Positions 44,831-54,411 of a stretch of 64,000 bases of DNA are shown one piece after another. Position 1 is the first letter of the stretch. Each line of letters opens with the position of its first letter. Both the position numbers and the translations under genes were made by a program. The stretch comes from Dehalococcoidia bacterium (GTDB taxonomy: Bacteria > Chloroflexota > Dehalococcoidia > UBA2979). A model generated the notes under the pieces. It did not search any database. It was not told where the DNA came from and saw only the letters and a list, made by a program, of their open reading frames with translations. The stretch spans positions 415 to 64,414 of the forward strand of contig JAIBBD010000001.1 of assembly GCA_019694855.1 (NCBI GenBank). The letters run 5' to 3'.

Positions 44831-47104
44831 ATGACGGTACAGACGGCGATCGAACGACTGCAACACGGGGGGCCGCTCGCGAGCTCGTTCGTGGAGTGGC
44901 GGGAGCTGGCGGCAGAGCCGGCGCGGTATGCGCCGTGGCCCGGAGTGGACGCGCGGATCATTGAGGCACTCGGGCGGCGCGGGGTGGCGGGGCCGTACGT
45001 GCACCAGTCCGCCGCCATCAAGGCGGCCCTGGCGGGTGAGGATTTCGTGGTCGTGACGCCGCCGGCCTCCGGGAAGACGTTGTGCTACACGGTCCCAGTG
45101 CTGCAGGCGATCCTCGACGAGCCTCGATCGCGGGCGCTGTACCTGTTTCCGACGAAGGCGCTCGCGCAGGACCAGATGCACGAGCTGCACGGCCTCGTGA
45201 CCGAGGCCGGGGTCGACGTGAAGACGTTCACGTACGACGGAGACACAAACCCGACGGCACGACGCCAGGTGCGAACGGCAGGGCACGTCGTGATCACGAA
45301 TCCCGACATGCTGCACACCGGCGTCCTCCCGCACCACACGAAGTGGGCGCGGCTCTTTGAGCAGCTGCGTTACGTCGTGGTCGACGAGCTGCACACGTAT
45401 CGAGGCGTGTTCGGCTCGAACGTCGCTAACGTGATCCGGCGGCTGCGGCGCATCTGCCAGTTCTACGGCTCGGATCCGACGTTCATCTGCTGCTCGGCGA
45501 CGATCGCGAACCCGGGTGAGCTGGCGGAGGCGCTCCTCGGCCGGCCTGTGCGGGTGATCGACGACAACGGCGCACCTCGAGGGCGGCGTGTGGTCGGGCT
45601 GTTCAACCCACCGGTGGTGAACCGCGAGCTGGGTATTCGGCAGGGCGTGGTGAACGCGACGACGAGCATCGCGAGTGAGTTGCAGGAGGCGGGGGTGCAG
45701 ACGCTCGTCTTCGCGGGGAGCCGGACGCGGGTCGAGCTCGTCACGCAGTACCTGCGCGAGGCACCCGGCGGCCTCGGGCGGCCCGGGGAGCCCGAGCGCG
45801 TGCGGGGATACCGCTCGGGGTACCTGCCGAAGGAGCGACGGGAGATCGAGGCAGCGATGCGCGAGGGCCGGGTGCGGTCAGTAGTGGCGACGAACGCACT
45901 CGAACTCGGCATCGACGTGGGTGGTCTCGATGCCGTGGTCGTGGCGGGGTATCCGGGCACCGTGGCCAGCCTTCGGCAGCAGATGGGCCGCGCGGGGCGG
46001 CGGCAGGCGGACTCGCTCGCGGTGATGGTGGCCTCCTCGTCGCCGCTCGACCAGTACGTGGTGTCGCACCCGGAGTACCTGTTCGGCGGAGCGGTCGAGG
46101 CGGGGCGGATCGACGCGGACAACCCGATGATTGCGGCGGAGCACCTCAAATGCGCGGTGTTCGAGCTGCCCGTCGAGCGGGACGAGTACGCGCTTCTCGG
46201 CGCGCGGTCCGAGGAGCTGTCGGACGCGCTCGTCGAGACGGGAATGGTGCACCGTGCCGCTGACGGGCGGCTGTACTGGTCGGATGAGGCGTTCCCGGCG
46301 CACGAGGTGTCGCTGCGCACGGGCGCCGACGCCAACGTCGTCATCATCGAGCAGGGGGTGTCGCCGCGAGTGATCGGCGAAGTTGACCGGCCGAGCGCCA
46401 TGACGCTGGTGCATGACGAAGCGATCTACGTGCACGACGGGCGGCAGTATCACGTCGACCTCCTCGACTGGGAGGAACTGAAGGCGTACGTGCGACCGGT
46501 CGACGTCGACTACTACACGGACGCGCACCTCGCGGTCGACCTCAAGGTGATCGAGGAATGGGAGGCGTCGACCGCCGGTCCGTCGAGCGCATGGGGCGAG
46601 GTATCGGTGACGTACCTCGCCACGTTGTTCAAGAAAATCCGGCTGCACACCCACGAGAACATCGGCTGGGGCAAGATCAGACTCCCACAGGACGACCTGC
46701 ACACGGCGTCCTTCTGGCTCACGCTCGACCCGTCTGTGTCACGAGGGATACGAGACCTCGAGGGGGCGCTTCTCGGTCTCGGGCAGCTGCTCGTCCAGGT
46801 CGCGCCGTTGCTGCTGATGTGCGATGCGCATGACCTCCAGTTGGCGACGCAGGTGAAGTCACCGCACACGGGCCTGCCCACGGTGTTCCTGTGGGAAACC
46901 GTGCCGGGCGGCATCGGCTTCAGCGAGCATCTCTACCGAGAAGCGGAACGCCTCGTGGCGTTCGCGCGGGAGGTGGCCGAGGAGTGCGGCTGCTACGAGG
47001 GGTGCCCGGGCTGCGTCGGGCCCCCGGCGGCGCCCGGGCTCGGGGTCCGGGGGGATGTGCTCGCGTTGCTGCGCGCCCTCACGGCGGCCGCGGCGGCGGC
47101 ATAG
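44831..47104 (+). CDS. mrfA: MrfA/YprA-like DEXH-box helicase with C-terminal DUF1998 Zn-binding domain
   Basis: VVTPPASGKTLCY (Walker A), VVDELHTYRG (DExH), C-terminal 4-Cys motif ECGCYEGCPGC. About 758 aa, the same architecture as Bacillus MrfA. Confidence 0.75.
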   Translation: MTVQTAIERLQHGGPLASSFVEWRELAAEPARYAPWPGVDARIIEALGRRGVAGPYVHQSAAIKAALAGEDFVVVTPPASGKTLCYTVPVLQAILDEPRSRALYLFPTKALAQDQMHELHGLVTEAGVDVKTFTYDGDTNPTARRQVRTAGHVVITNPDMLHTGVLPHHTKWARLFEQLRYVVVDELHTYRGVFGSNVANVIRRLRRICQFYGSDPTFICCSATIANPGELAEALLGRPVRVIDDNGAPRGRRVVGLFNPPVVNRELGIRQGVVNATTSIASELQEAGVQTLVFAGSRTRVELVTQYLREAPGGLGRPGEPERVRGYRSGYLPKERREIEAAMREGRVRSVVATNALELGIDVGGLDAVVVAGYPGTVASLRQQMGRAGRRQADSLAVMVASSSPLDQYVVSHPEYLFGGAVEAGRIDADNPMIAAEHLKCAVFELPVERDEYALLGARSEELSDALVETGMVHRAADGRLYWSDEAFPAHEVSLRTGADANVVIIEQGVSPRVIGEVDRPSAMTLVHDEAIYVHDGRQYHVDLLDWEELKAYVRPVDVDYYTDAHLAVDLKVIEEWEASTAGPSSAWGEVSVTYLATLFKKIRLHTHENIGWGKIRLPQDDLHTASFWLTLDPSVSRGIRDLEGALLGLGQLLVQVAPLLLMCDAHDLQLATQVKSPHTGLPTVFLWETVPGGIGFSEHLYREAERLVAFAREVAEECGCYEGCPGCVGPPAAPGLGVRGDVLALLRALTAAAAAA

Positions 47105-47105
47105 C

Positions 47106-48356
47106 GTGGTCTCGGCCATCGACCGCGCGGCAACTCGGGAGCGTCTGCGCCGGCTGATCCGGGAGATCGAGTCGCGGCCGAGCGCCCCTCGTCCGTTCGT
47201 GCATCGGCCGGTTGTGGCGGATGCGCCGCAGCTGCGGTTCGCGACGGAGTGGCGCGAGGTCGACGGTGCGCTCATGCGCGAGCGGGAATATCCGGCGGCG
47301 TACCTCCACGGTGCGCAGTCGCTCGGGGGTGGCGATATCGACGGGGAATTGCTCGCGCTCCTCGGCGGGGACGACGAGCTGGCGCGGGCGACCGCAAGTG
47401 ACCTCGTATTCCTCGACATCGAGGCGACGGGGCTGGGCGGCGCGGGAGCGATGGTGTTCCTCGTGGCGTCGGGACGGTGGGAGAGCGGTGGGTTTCGGTT
47501 GCGGCAGTACCTCGCGCCGGCGCCGCCGGCCGAGGCAGGTCTGCTGCGGCAGGTGATCGCCGCTTGCCGAACGGGTAGCGCGGAGCCGGTGCTCGTGACG
47601 TACAACGGAACGACGTACGACGCGCCAATGCTCGACGCGCGCGGGACCATGCACCGGCTCCGCATGGGGTTCGATGCGATGTCGCACCTCGACCTGCTGA
47701 AGACAGTGCGGCGAGGCATTCGCGACGCGCTGCGTCCGCATCGGCTGTCGCACATCGAGGCGGTGCTGCTGGGGCTGCGGCGGCCCGAGGGGGAGGTGTC
47801 GGGCGCCGACGTGCCCGGCTGGTACTTCCGGTTCCTGCGGACGGGCGACACGAGGATGCTCACGCCGATCGTGGAGCACAACGCGGCGGACGTGCTGTCG
47901 CTCGCGGCGCTGCTCACCAGGCTTGCGGCGGTGCATGGACGGGCCGAGGAGGGCGGTCACCTCGAGCGACTGCTGCTGGGGCGGCTGCGCGCGCGGCAGG
48001 GGCGGATCGAGGAGGCGCTCGCGCACCTCGAAGCCGCGCGCGGGCTGACGAAGAGCGTCGGACTGCGGCATACGGTCGCGATGGAGTCGGCACGGCTGCT
48101 GCGGCGGGCGGGACGACGTCTCGAGGCGGCCGCACTCTGGCGCGAGGTCGCCGGCGGCGAAGTGGCGGCGGGCGCCGCACTCGTGGAGCTGGCCAAGCAC
48201 CACGAACATCACGAGCGTGACCTCGAACGGGCGCTGGCAGCGGTCGAGCGTGCGCTTGCGCTGCGAGGGCCGGAGCCCGCGCTGCTGCATCGACGGCAGC
48301 GGTTGCTGCGCAAGACGGCGGTCGCGGCGGCCAGCGGCGGGGCTGCGATTCAGTAG
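47106..48356 (+). CDS. mrfB: MrfB/YprB-like RNase-H-fold (DEDDh) exonuclease with C-terminal TPR-like region
   Basis: LVFLDIEATGL (Exo I motif), TYNGTTYDAPML (Exo II) and HNAADVLSL (Exo III with His). A GTG start one codon after the mrfA stop suggests translational coupling. Confidence 0.6.
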   Translation: MVSAIDRAATRERLRRLIREIESRPSAPRPFVHRPVVADAPQLRFATEWREVDGALMREREYPAAYLHGAQSLGGGDIDGELLALLGGDDELARATASDLVFLDIEATGLGGAGAMVFLVASGRWESGGFRLRQYLAPAPPAEAGLLRQVIAACRTGSAEPVLVTYNGTTYDAPMLDARGTMHRLRMGFDAMSHLDLLKTVRRGIRDALRPHRLSHIEAVLLGLRRPEGEVSGADVPGWYFRFLRTGDTRMLTPIVEHNAADVLSLAALLTRLAAVHGRAEEGGHLERLLLGRLRARQGRIEEALAHLEAARGLTKSVGLRHTVAMESARLLRRAGRRLEAAALWREVAGGEVAAGAALVELAKHHEHHERDLERALAAVERALALRGPEPALLHRRQRLLRKTAVAAASGGAAIQ

Positions 48357-48398
48357 GCGTTGCTACGACTATAGTCGTGCAGGTCGTCACTGCCGCCG

Positions 48399-49712
48399 AT
48401 GGTCGGGCGGCGAGGGCGCCTTCGGAGCGCGATGCCAGAAGAACCTCACGCCGCGGTCATGCAGCGGGGCGACGCCTGGGTGGTGGAGCCGCTGCCGCCT
48501 GTGTCCTGGCTCCCGGAACGGCTCTCGCCGGTGCGGTACCGTGACTTCCGGCTGCTGCTCGCCGGGCTGCTGATGGCGCTCAGCGGCTGGTGGATGATCA
48601 TCGTCGCGCAGGGGTGGCTCGTCCTCGAGCTGACCGATAGCGCGGCGGCGGTGACGCTTGTGGGAGCGATGCTGTCGCTGCCGTTCCTGTTCCTCGCGCC
48701 GCTGTCCGGGGTGATGGCCGACCGCCTCTACCGGAAGCATCTGTTGGTGGGGACGCGATCCGCCGTTGCGGTGCTGATGTTCATTGAGGGCGCGCTGATC
48801 GTGTCGGGCCACATCGAGGTGTGGCACATGGTGGTGCTGGCGTTCCTCGCGGGATGCGCGTTCGCGGCGGACATTCCCGCGCGGCAGTCGCTCATCCCTG
48901 ACACCGTGCCGCCACCTCTGGTGGCGAACGCAGTGGCGTTGAACGTCTCGATGTTCTCGCTGACGACGATCGCGGGCCCGATCCTCGGAGCCGCGATGCT
49001 GGCCTGGGCCGGGGCCGGCGGCTGCTTCATCGCGAACGGGTTTGGCAACGCGGCGCTGGCGGCCTCGATCGGCCTCATGCGCGTGCCGAGGCGGCAACGG
49101 AGCGGCCGGCTGAGCGTCACGGGCGACTTCATCAGCGGGTTGCGTTACGTGCGAGGGCAACGGGTACTGCTCACGCTGCTCTCGGTGTCGTTGATTGTGA
49201 CGCTGACCGCGCGAAACTGGCAGCAGCTCGCGCCCGTGTTCGTGCGCGACGTGTTCGACAGCGGCGAGGCGGGCCTCGGGGCGCTGTACACAGCGGCGGG
49301 AATCGGCGCCGTGATCGGGGCGGCATTCCTCGTGGCGGTATCGCACTGGCGGCGGCGCGCGGGTATCTACGGCGTGGGGCTGTCGGCCGCCTTCGTGGCG
49401 ATCGCGCTGTTCGCGCTCAGCCCGTCGCTCGGCGTAGCCCTCGGTGCAGTGATGGTCGTCGGCGTCGGACTGCAGGTGACCGAGACGACGACGCAGACTG
49501 TGCTGCTCGTCGAGACGCCCGAGGAGTTTCGCGGCCGGATGATGTCGTTGTCGAGCCTAATCTGGGGACTGCAGCCGCTCGGGGTACTCGTGGCCGGCAT
49601 CGTCGCGGACGCCGCGAGCCCGCAGGCGGCCATTCTCGTCGGGGTCGGGGCGGGGGCGTGTCTCCTTGTGCTGCTGTACACGCGCACAGCGCGCGTTTGG
49701 TCAACCTTCTGA
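48399..49712 (+). CDS. MFS transporter
   Basis: Twelve predicted TM segments with an MFS loop 2-3 motif region. Confidence 0.65.
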   Translation: MVGRRGRLRSAMPEEPHAAVMQRGDAWVVEPLPPVSWLPERLSPVRYRDFRLLLAGLLMALSGWWMIIVAQGWLVLELTDSAAAVTLVGAMLSLPFLFLAPLSGVMADRLYRKHLLVGTRSAVAVLMFIEGALIVSGHIEVWHMVVLAFLAGCAFAADIPARQSLIPDTVPPPLVANAVALNVSMFSLTTIAGPILGAAMLAWAGAGGCFIANGFGNAALAASIGLMRVPRRQRSGRLSVTGDFISGLRYVRGQRVLLTLLSVSLIVTLTARNWQQLAPVFVRDVFDSGEAGLGALYTAAGIGAVIGAAFLVAVSHWRRRAGIYGVGLSAAFVAIALFALSPSLGVALGAVMVVGVGLQVTETTTQTVLLVETPEEFRGRMMSLSSLIWGLQPLGVLVAGIVADAASPQAAILVGVGAGACLLVLLYTRTARVWSTF

Positions 49713-50099
49713 GGGAGCCTGGCCCACGGAGGCATGCGAGTGAACGACTCGCCACACGCCCTCCGTCTCGAGGTGCCAGATGAGCGTCACCCGCGCGCGG
49801 AGTGTGCCTCCGTCCGGCGTCACCAGCGTCGGACGATCGATGGTCCACCCGACCGTGCCCTCGACCCTCGCGAGTGCGTCGCCGGCACGCCACGAGTAGA
49901 CACCGTGTTCGCCATCGAAAAATGGGCGGACATCCGCGTTATGTTGGACCGAATCCGTCCAGAACTCCGACTCGTCCGTCCCGATGAAGACTGAGCCCTT
50001 CTGGAGGGAGTACATCGCCTCGACGGGATCCGCGCTTCCGCTCGACATGGCGGCGTACAGATCGATCAAGCGCTGCTTGAGCTCGGCGCTGGCCTCCAT
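49701..50099 (-). CDS. NTF2-like/SnoaL-like (DUF4440-type) protein
   Basis: 132 aa with the cone-shaped NTF2-fold sequence pattern. Confidence 0.4.
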   Translation of the reverse strand: MEASAELKQRLIDLYAAMSSGSADPVEAMYSLQKGSVFIGTDESEFWTDSVQHNADVRPFFDGEHGVYSWRAGDALARVEGTVGWTIDRPTLVTPDGGTLRARVTLIWHLETEGVWRVVHSHASVGQAPSEG

Positions 50100-50117
50100 C
50101 TCGACTCCCGTCTTCGG

Positions 50118-51062
50118 CTAGAAGATCGCGATCGGGTTCACCGGCGACCCGGTGCCGCCGACTACCGCCAGCGGCGCGACCACGAGCATGAACTCCCAGC
50201 GGCCGAGCTCTTCGCACGTGGCGGCAAGAGCGTCGAGGTCGGCATTGTCGAGCAGTGGCATACCCATGTACGGGATGGCGATCTCATGGATCGGAATGGC
50301 GACGTTGCGGCCGCCCATCGGCAGTCCGCCGGGGTAGGGCTGGCCACCGTGATCGAGGAGGTCCCATACGAGGACGGAGGCATCCGTCGCATGGAGGAAC
50401 TCAAGCACAGAGGCGTGACCGCCCGGCATCCGCTCGATGTCGCCCATGCCGAAGTCGGGCGTCGCGGCGTAGAAGGCGTTGGCACCGGAGCGAATGACCA
50501 CCGCGTCTCCAGAAGCGGGCCGGACGCCCTGGGAGGCGGCGACGTCGACGAGCTCCCAGCCGTGCACAGGCGTGTCGAGCGTGACGTGCGGCGTGCCTCG
50601 AAAGCGGGGGACGTCATAGAGGACGCCGCGCGTGACGAGGCCGCCGGCGTAGGCCGAGACATCGCTGCTTTTCGCGCCGCCCTCGGTGACGTCGGAGGCG
50701 GGCCGCCCGTTGTAGAGGGCGCCGCCCGGGCCCGTGAAGATGTGGCAGAGGGCATCGAGGTGGGTGATCGACCAGCCGTGGAAGTTGATGTCGAGCTGGT
50801 CGCCAGAGCTGGCCTCGCCGACCCGCATCGTCTGCCTGAATCCCGACGGCAGCGCCGCGCGGGTCGGGCCGTTCAAATTGAGTGCGAGCGAGACCGTGCG
50901 GCCATCGCGCACGAGCCCCGCAGCCCGAGTCCGCACCTCGGGGGTGATGTGGTTGAGGGTCCCGAGGCGGTCGTCGGCGCCCCAGCGGCCCCAGTTGCTG
51001 AAGCGCTCGCGGTAGGAGGCGTACTCCTCGGCGGTGGGTGGGGTGCGGTCGGCGAGGCTCAT
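50118..51062 (-). CDS. cyclase family protein (kynurenine-formamidase-like metal hydrolase)
   Basis: NWGRWGADDRLGTLNHITPE N-terminus and HxGTHxD-like His cluster of the putative-cyclase family (PF04199). Confidence 0.6.
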   Translation of the reverse strand: MSLADRTPPTAEEYASYRERFSNWGRWGADDRLGTLNHITPEVRTRAAGLVRDGRTVSLALNLNGPTRAALPSGFRQTMRVGEASSGDQLDINFHGWSITHLDALCHIFTGPGGALYNGRPASDVTEGGAKSSDVSAYAGGLVTRGVLYDVPRFRGTPHVTLDTPVHGWELVDVAASQGVRPASGDAVVIRSGANAFYAATPDFGMGDIERMPGGHASVLEFLHATDASVLVWDLLDHGGQPYPGGLPMGGRNVAIPIHEIAIPYMGMPLLDNADLDALAATCEELGRWEFMLVVAPLAVVGGTGSPVNPIAIF

Positions 51063-51081
51063 TGTCGGACCTCCAGGTACT

Positions 51082-52464
51082 TCAGACGGTGCGGAGCGAC
51101 TTCCAGCCGGTGATGGCGCAGAGCAGCAGGACGGTGGCGGCGGAGAAGGAAACGAGACAGGTATCGGGAGCGCCCCACCTCGAGATGGCGAAGCCCATGG
51201 GGAGCGCGCCGAGCGGGTAGAGCGCGAACGCGGTCTGTACGACGCCGGTCACACGGCCGCGCATCTCGTTGACGGGGAGGAGCTGCTGGAGCATCTGGAG
51301 CATCGTCTGGGCGATGGCGTGCGGCATGCCGCCGACGGCGAGCAACGCCGCGGCGATCCAGAGGTTCGTCGCGCGGGTGAAGGCGATCAGGCAGACGAAG
51401 TAGAACAGCAGCCCGAACATGAGCACGACCGCTCGGTGTTCGACGCGGCGCATCACCACGAGCCCGAATAGCCCCAGGAGGGACCCAATTCCGGCGGCCG
51501 CCGCGAGCGTGCCGTAGCCACCGGAACCGGCGTGGAGCACCTCGGCCGCGAAGATCGGAAGGAACGTCAGGTACGGGTAGACCAGGAGCGCCGTGAAGCT
51601 CATGACGACCGTGAGGCCGAGGAGGCGGCGGTCGCGCGCGACGTAGACGAAGCCGTCGCGGAGGTTGGCGAGTGGATGGCCGGTCGCTCGCGCGCCCTGC
51701 CTCGTCTGGCGGCTGATCGGCAGCGTGGTGAGGACGCCGAGCGTCATGGTGCTGGCGATCATGAGGAACGGCGCGGCCGTGCCCCAGGCGCCGATGAGGG
51801 CGCCCGCGAGCGTCGGGCCGGTGATCCTCGTGATGTTCTGCATCATCGAGTTGACCGCGATTGCGTCGGGGAGCGCCTCGGGGCCGGTGACGTCGTAGAC
51901 GAAGGCCTGGCGGGCGTTCTGGTTGGTCGTGCTCAGGAGGGCGTCGAGGGCAGCGAAGATGAAGACCTGCCAGACGGCGACGAGGTCGGTCAGGACGAGG
52001 ACGGCCAGCAGCAGCGCCTGGACTGCACTGAGCATCGTCGACGTCATCAAGATTGACCGGCGGTGCCAGCGGTCGAGCGCGACGCCGACGAACGGCCCGA
52101 TCAGGAGGCGGCCGAAGCCGCCGACGAAGTTCACCGCGGCGAGGTGCACGGCGGAACGGCCGGTTAGCTCGTAGACGAGCCAGCTCATCCCGATCATCTG
52201 CCCCCACTGCGCGTAGCCGGTGGCGATCGAGGAGAGGAACAGGAAGCGGAAGTCGCGCTGGCTGAGGACGGCAAGCGCGGCGAAGCGACCAGTCCGCGGC
52301 TCGGCGACCGCCGCGCTGCGGTCAGAGTCGTCCTCCGCTTCGGCCGCAGCCTCGAACGGTTCGATGACCGAGGGTTCGGCCGGTGCGTCGGCGGTGCGAA
52401 TGAGTTGAGCCATTCGAGGTGTTATAGCACTCACCTCGTTCGCCTGCTCCTCGACGTGCTGCAC
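51082..52464 (-). CDS. MFS transporter
   Basis: 12-TM architecture; DRWHRR-like MFS motif A. Confidence 0.65.
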   Translation of the reverse strand: MQHVEEQANEVSAITPRMAQLIRTADAPAEPSVIEPFEAAAEAEDDSDRSAAVAEPRTGRFAALAVLSQRDFRFLFLSSIATGYAQWGQMIGMSWLVYELTGRSAVHLAAVNFVGGFGRLLIGPFVGVALDRWHRRSILMTSTMLSAVQALLLAVLVLTDLVAVWQVFIFAALDALLSTTNQNARQAFVYDVTGPEALPDAIAVNSMMQNITRITGPTLAGALIGAWGTAAPFLMIASTMTLGVLTTLPISRQTRQGARATGHPLANLRDGFVYVARDRRLLGLTVVMSFTALLVYPYLTFLPIFAAEVLHAGSGGYGTLAAAAGIGSLLGLFGLVVMRRVEHRAVVLMFGLLFYFVCLIAFTRATNLWIAAALLAVGGMPHAIAQTMLQMLQQLLPVNEMRGRVTGVVQTAFALYPLGALPMGFAISRWGAPDTCLVSFSAATVLLLCAITGWKSLRTV

Positions 52465-52516
52465 GAGGGCGGTGGCCGGATGCTACGCTCCTCGTGATTT
52501 GCCAGAGGGGGAGGCG

Positions 52517-53587
52517 ATGACTGCGACCATCATCCAGGGGGAGACGACGTTCGAGTCGGCCCAGGCGACGTTTCGGGACGGCGACCTGTGGGCGCCGCTT
52601 GCTGAGGTTACGGCGGCGCTCGGCTGGGAACGCAAGCCGGAAGGCATCTGCCGAGAGGACATCTGCATCCCGGTCCCGGAAGGGCGGGAAGCAGCGCTTC
52701 TGGGGGCAGACGGGCGCGAGTTCAACCTCAGCGAGTTCGCGCGGCTGATCGAGCAACCCGTCGCGGCGAGCGAGGAGTTCGGGGCGGCCTACTTCGGGGC
52801 TCCCTCGTGGCAGTGGCAACATCCGCTGGCCGGCGGGATGGCGCCCGATTTCGAGCTCCCCGACTTCGAGGGCCGGATACACCGGCTGTCAGACTATCGC
52901 GGTTCGAAGGTGTTCTTACTCTGCTGGGCGTCGTGGTGCAGCTGCCGGCTGTGCCTGCCGATCTGGAAGGAGCTGCGGGACGAGCTGCACGACCAGGGAT
53001 TTGAGGTGATTGCGGTCGCGTGCGAGAGCAAAGGCCCGGAGGCGGCGCTGCCCTGGATCGAGGCGGCGCAACCCTCGTACCCCGCGCTGCTCGATACCGA
53101 ACACCTGGTGCCGGAGCTGTACAACACAAAGAACGTGCCGGCGGCATTCTGGATCGACGAGGAAGGCCGGGTTGTGCGGGCGAACGACCCGATTTACGCG
53201 GAGCGCCGCAACTTCCAGACGGGCGTGAACGTGCGCAACGAGGGCTACCTCAACGCTTTGCGCGACTGGGCCGCGAGAGGGCCCGAGAGCGAGTTCGTGC
53301 GCGGGGTGCCCGGCCTCGAGAGCGTGACCGAGCAGACGTGGGAGAACGTGAGCGCGCTCGCTCACTTCCGCCTCGGGCTGTGGCTGCATGAGCAGGGGCA
53401 CGAGGAGGCGGCCACGGCCGAGTTCAAGCGGGCGCACGCGCTCGAGCCGGGGAACTGGAACTACAAGCGGCAGGCGTGGAATCTCGACAGCATCGAGGAG
53501 TACGGATACGAGAACGTGCTGCAGGCGATCCGCGACCCGGCCGCCCCGGAGTTCTACCGGCAGGTGGACATCGTCAACCAGTGGTGA
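52517..53587 (+). CDS. thioredoxin-fold redoxin (TlpA/AhpC-TSA-like) with atypical WCSCRLC motif and C-terminal TPR-like repeat
   Basis: FELPDFEGRIHRLSDYRGSKVFLLCWASWCSCRLC is a TlpA-like block. The start at ATG 52517 has a GGGGGAGG ribosome-binding site; the track ORF begins 15 aa earlier. Confidence 0.55.
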   Translation: MTATIIQGETTFESAQATFRDGDLWAPLAEVTAALGWERKPEGICREDICIPVPEGREAALLGADGREFNLSEFARLIEQPVAASEEFGAAYFGAPSWQWQHPLAGGMAPDFELPDFEGRIHRLSDYRGSKVFLLCWASWCSCRLCLPIWKELRDELHDQGFEVIAVACESKGPEAALPWIEAAQPSYPALLDTEHLVPELYNTKNVPAAFWIDEEGRVVRANDPIYAERRNFQTGVNVRNEGYLNALRDWAARGPESEFVRGVPGLESVTEQTWENVSALAHFRLGLWLHEQGHEEAATAEFKRAHALEPGNWNYKRQAWNLDSIEEYGYENVLQAIRDPAAPEFYRQVDIVNQW

Positions 53588-53628
53588 TGCGCCGCTTCTC
53601 GGCGGTGTGCTAACGGAGGAGGCAGCAC

Positions 53629-54060
53629 GTGGCTGACATTCGTCATCATTACTTCTCGGTCGCCGTCCGCGACCTCGAGGCGGGGATGAAGCGGTACGAA
53701 GAGTTCTTCGGGTTGAAGCCCGTGGGCGAGATCCTGGAGCAGCGCTGGGGGTTTCGCGGGGTGATGCTCGGGAACGACGAGGGCGCGATCCTCGAGATGA
53801 TCTCGCCGATGAGCGACGACAGTGCGCTCAAGCGGTTCATGGACATGCGCGAGGGCGACGCGTATCCAAACGGCGAAGGGCTGTATCTCGTCGGGATGCA
53901 GGTCGATGACCTCGAGGGCACCGTGCAGCGCATTGAGGCGTCTGGCGGAAGGATTACCCGCGAGACGGAGTCGCCGAACCTGGCATGGCTCCATCCGTTG
54001 TCGAACGGCAACGTGCTCGTGGAGCTGATCCAGAAGGCCGAAGAGCAAGGCGAGGCGTAG
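53629..54060 (+). CDS. VOC family protein (single glyoxalase-like domain)
   Basis: HHYFSVAVRDLEAGMKRYEEFFGL N-terminal module; 143 aa. Confidence 0.55.
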   Translation: MADIRHHYFSVAVRDLEAGMKRYEEFFGLKPVGEILEQRWGFRGVMLGNDEGAILEMISPMSDDSALKRFMDMREGDAYPNGEGLYLVGMQVDDLEGTVQRIEASGGRITRETESPNLAWLHPLSNGNVLVELIQKAEEQGEA

Positions 54061-54119
54061 GCGGCTTGCCTCGGGCGGTGGCAGTCTCTACCGTCGGTAG
54101 CAGGCTGCCAGGCGGCCGG

Positions 54120-54193
54120 TGCCGGATGGTGTAACGGTAGCACACGGGACTTTGGATCCCTTGGTCAAGGTTCGAATCCTTGTCCGGCAGCCA
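54120..54193 (+). tRNA. tRNA-Gln (anticodon UUG)
   Basis: TGCCGGATGGTGTAACGGTAGCACACGGGACTTTGGATCCCTTGGTCAAGGTTCGAATCCTTGTCCGGCAGCCA: U1-A72, G73, CCA encoded. Confidence 0.8.
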
Positions 54194-54249
54194 CTGCATG
54201 CCTCGGCTTGCCCGGCAGAGAGGCATCCGGCACACTAGTCCAGCGACCT

Positions 54250-54325
54250 TCCCCGATAGCTCAATCGGTAGAGCGGGCGGCTGTTAACCGCTAGGTTCGA
54301 GGTTCGAGTCCTCGTCGGGGAGCCA
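54250..54325 (+). tRNA. tRNA-Asn (anticodon GUU)
   Basis: TCCCCGATAGCTCAATCGGTAGAGCGGGCGGCTGTTAACCGCTAGGTTCGAGGTTCGAGTCCTCGTCGGGGAGCCA, 76 nt. Confidence 0.8.
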
Positions 54326-54411
54326 ATTACCCTCGGCACGGGCGCCGTGCTCTACCTCGGAGCACGTCCCTTCGGCGATGCTGCTTCTTCTGTGGTCCCC
54401 GCCTCGCCCTG

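Noticed and set aside
47079-48290. 403-aa minus-strand ORF
   Set aside because: Antisense to the mrfB-like gene, which carries clear DEDDh exonuclease motifs.
5269-54325. tRNA genes as integration sites for a genomic island
   Set aside because: No integrase, recombinase, transposase, direct-repeat attachment sites or GC shift accompany any of the seven complete tRNAs.
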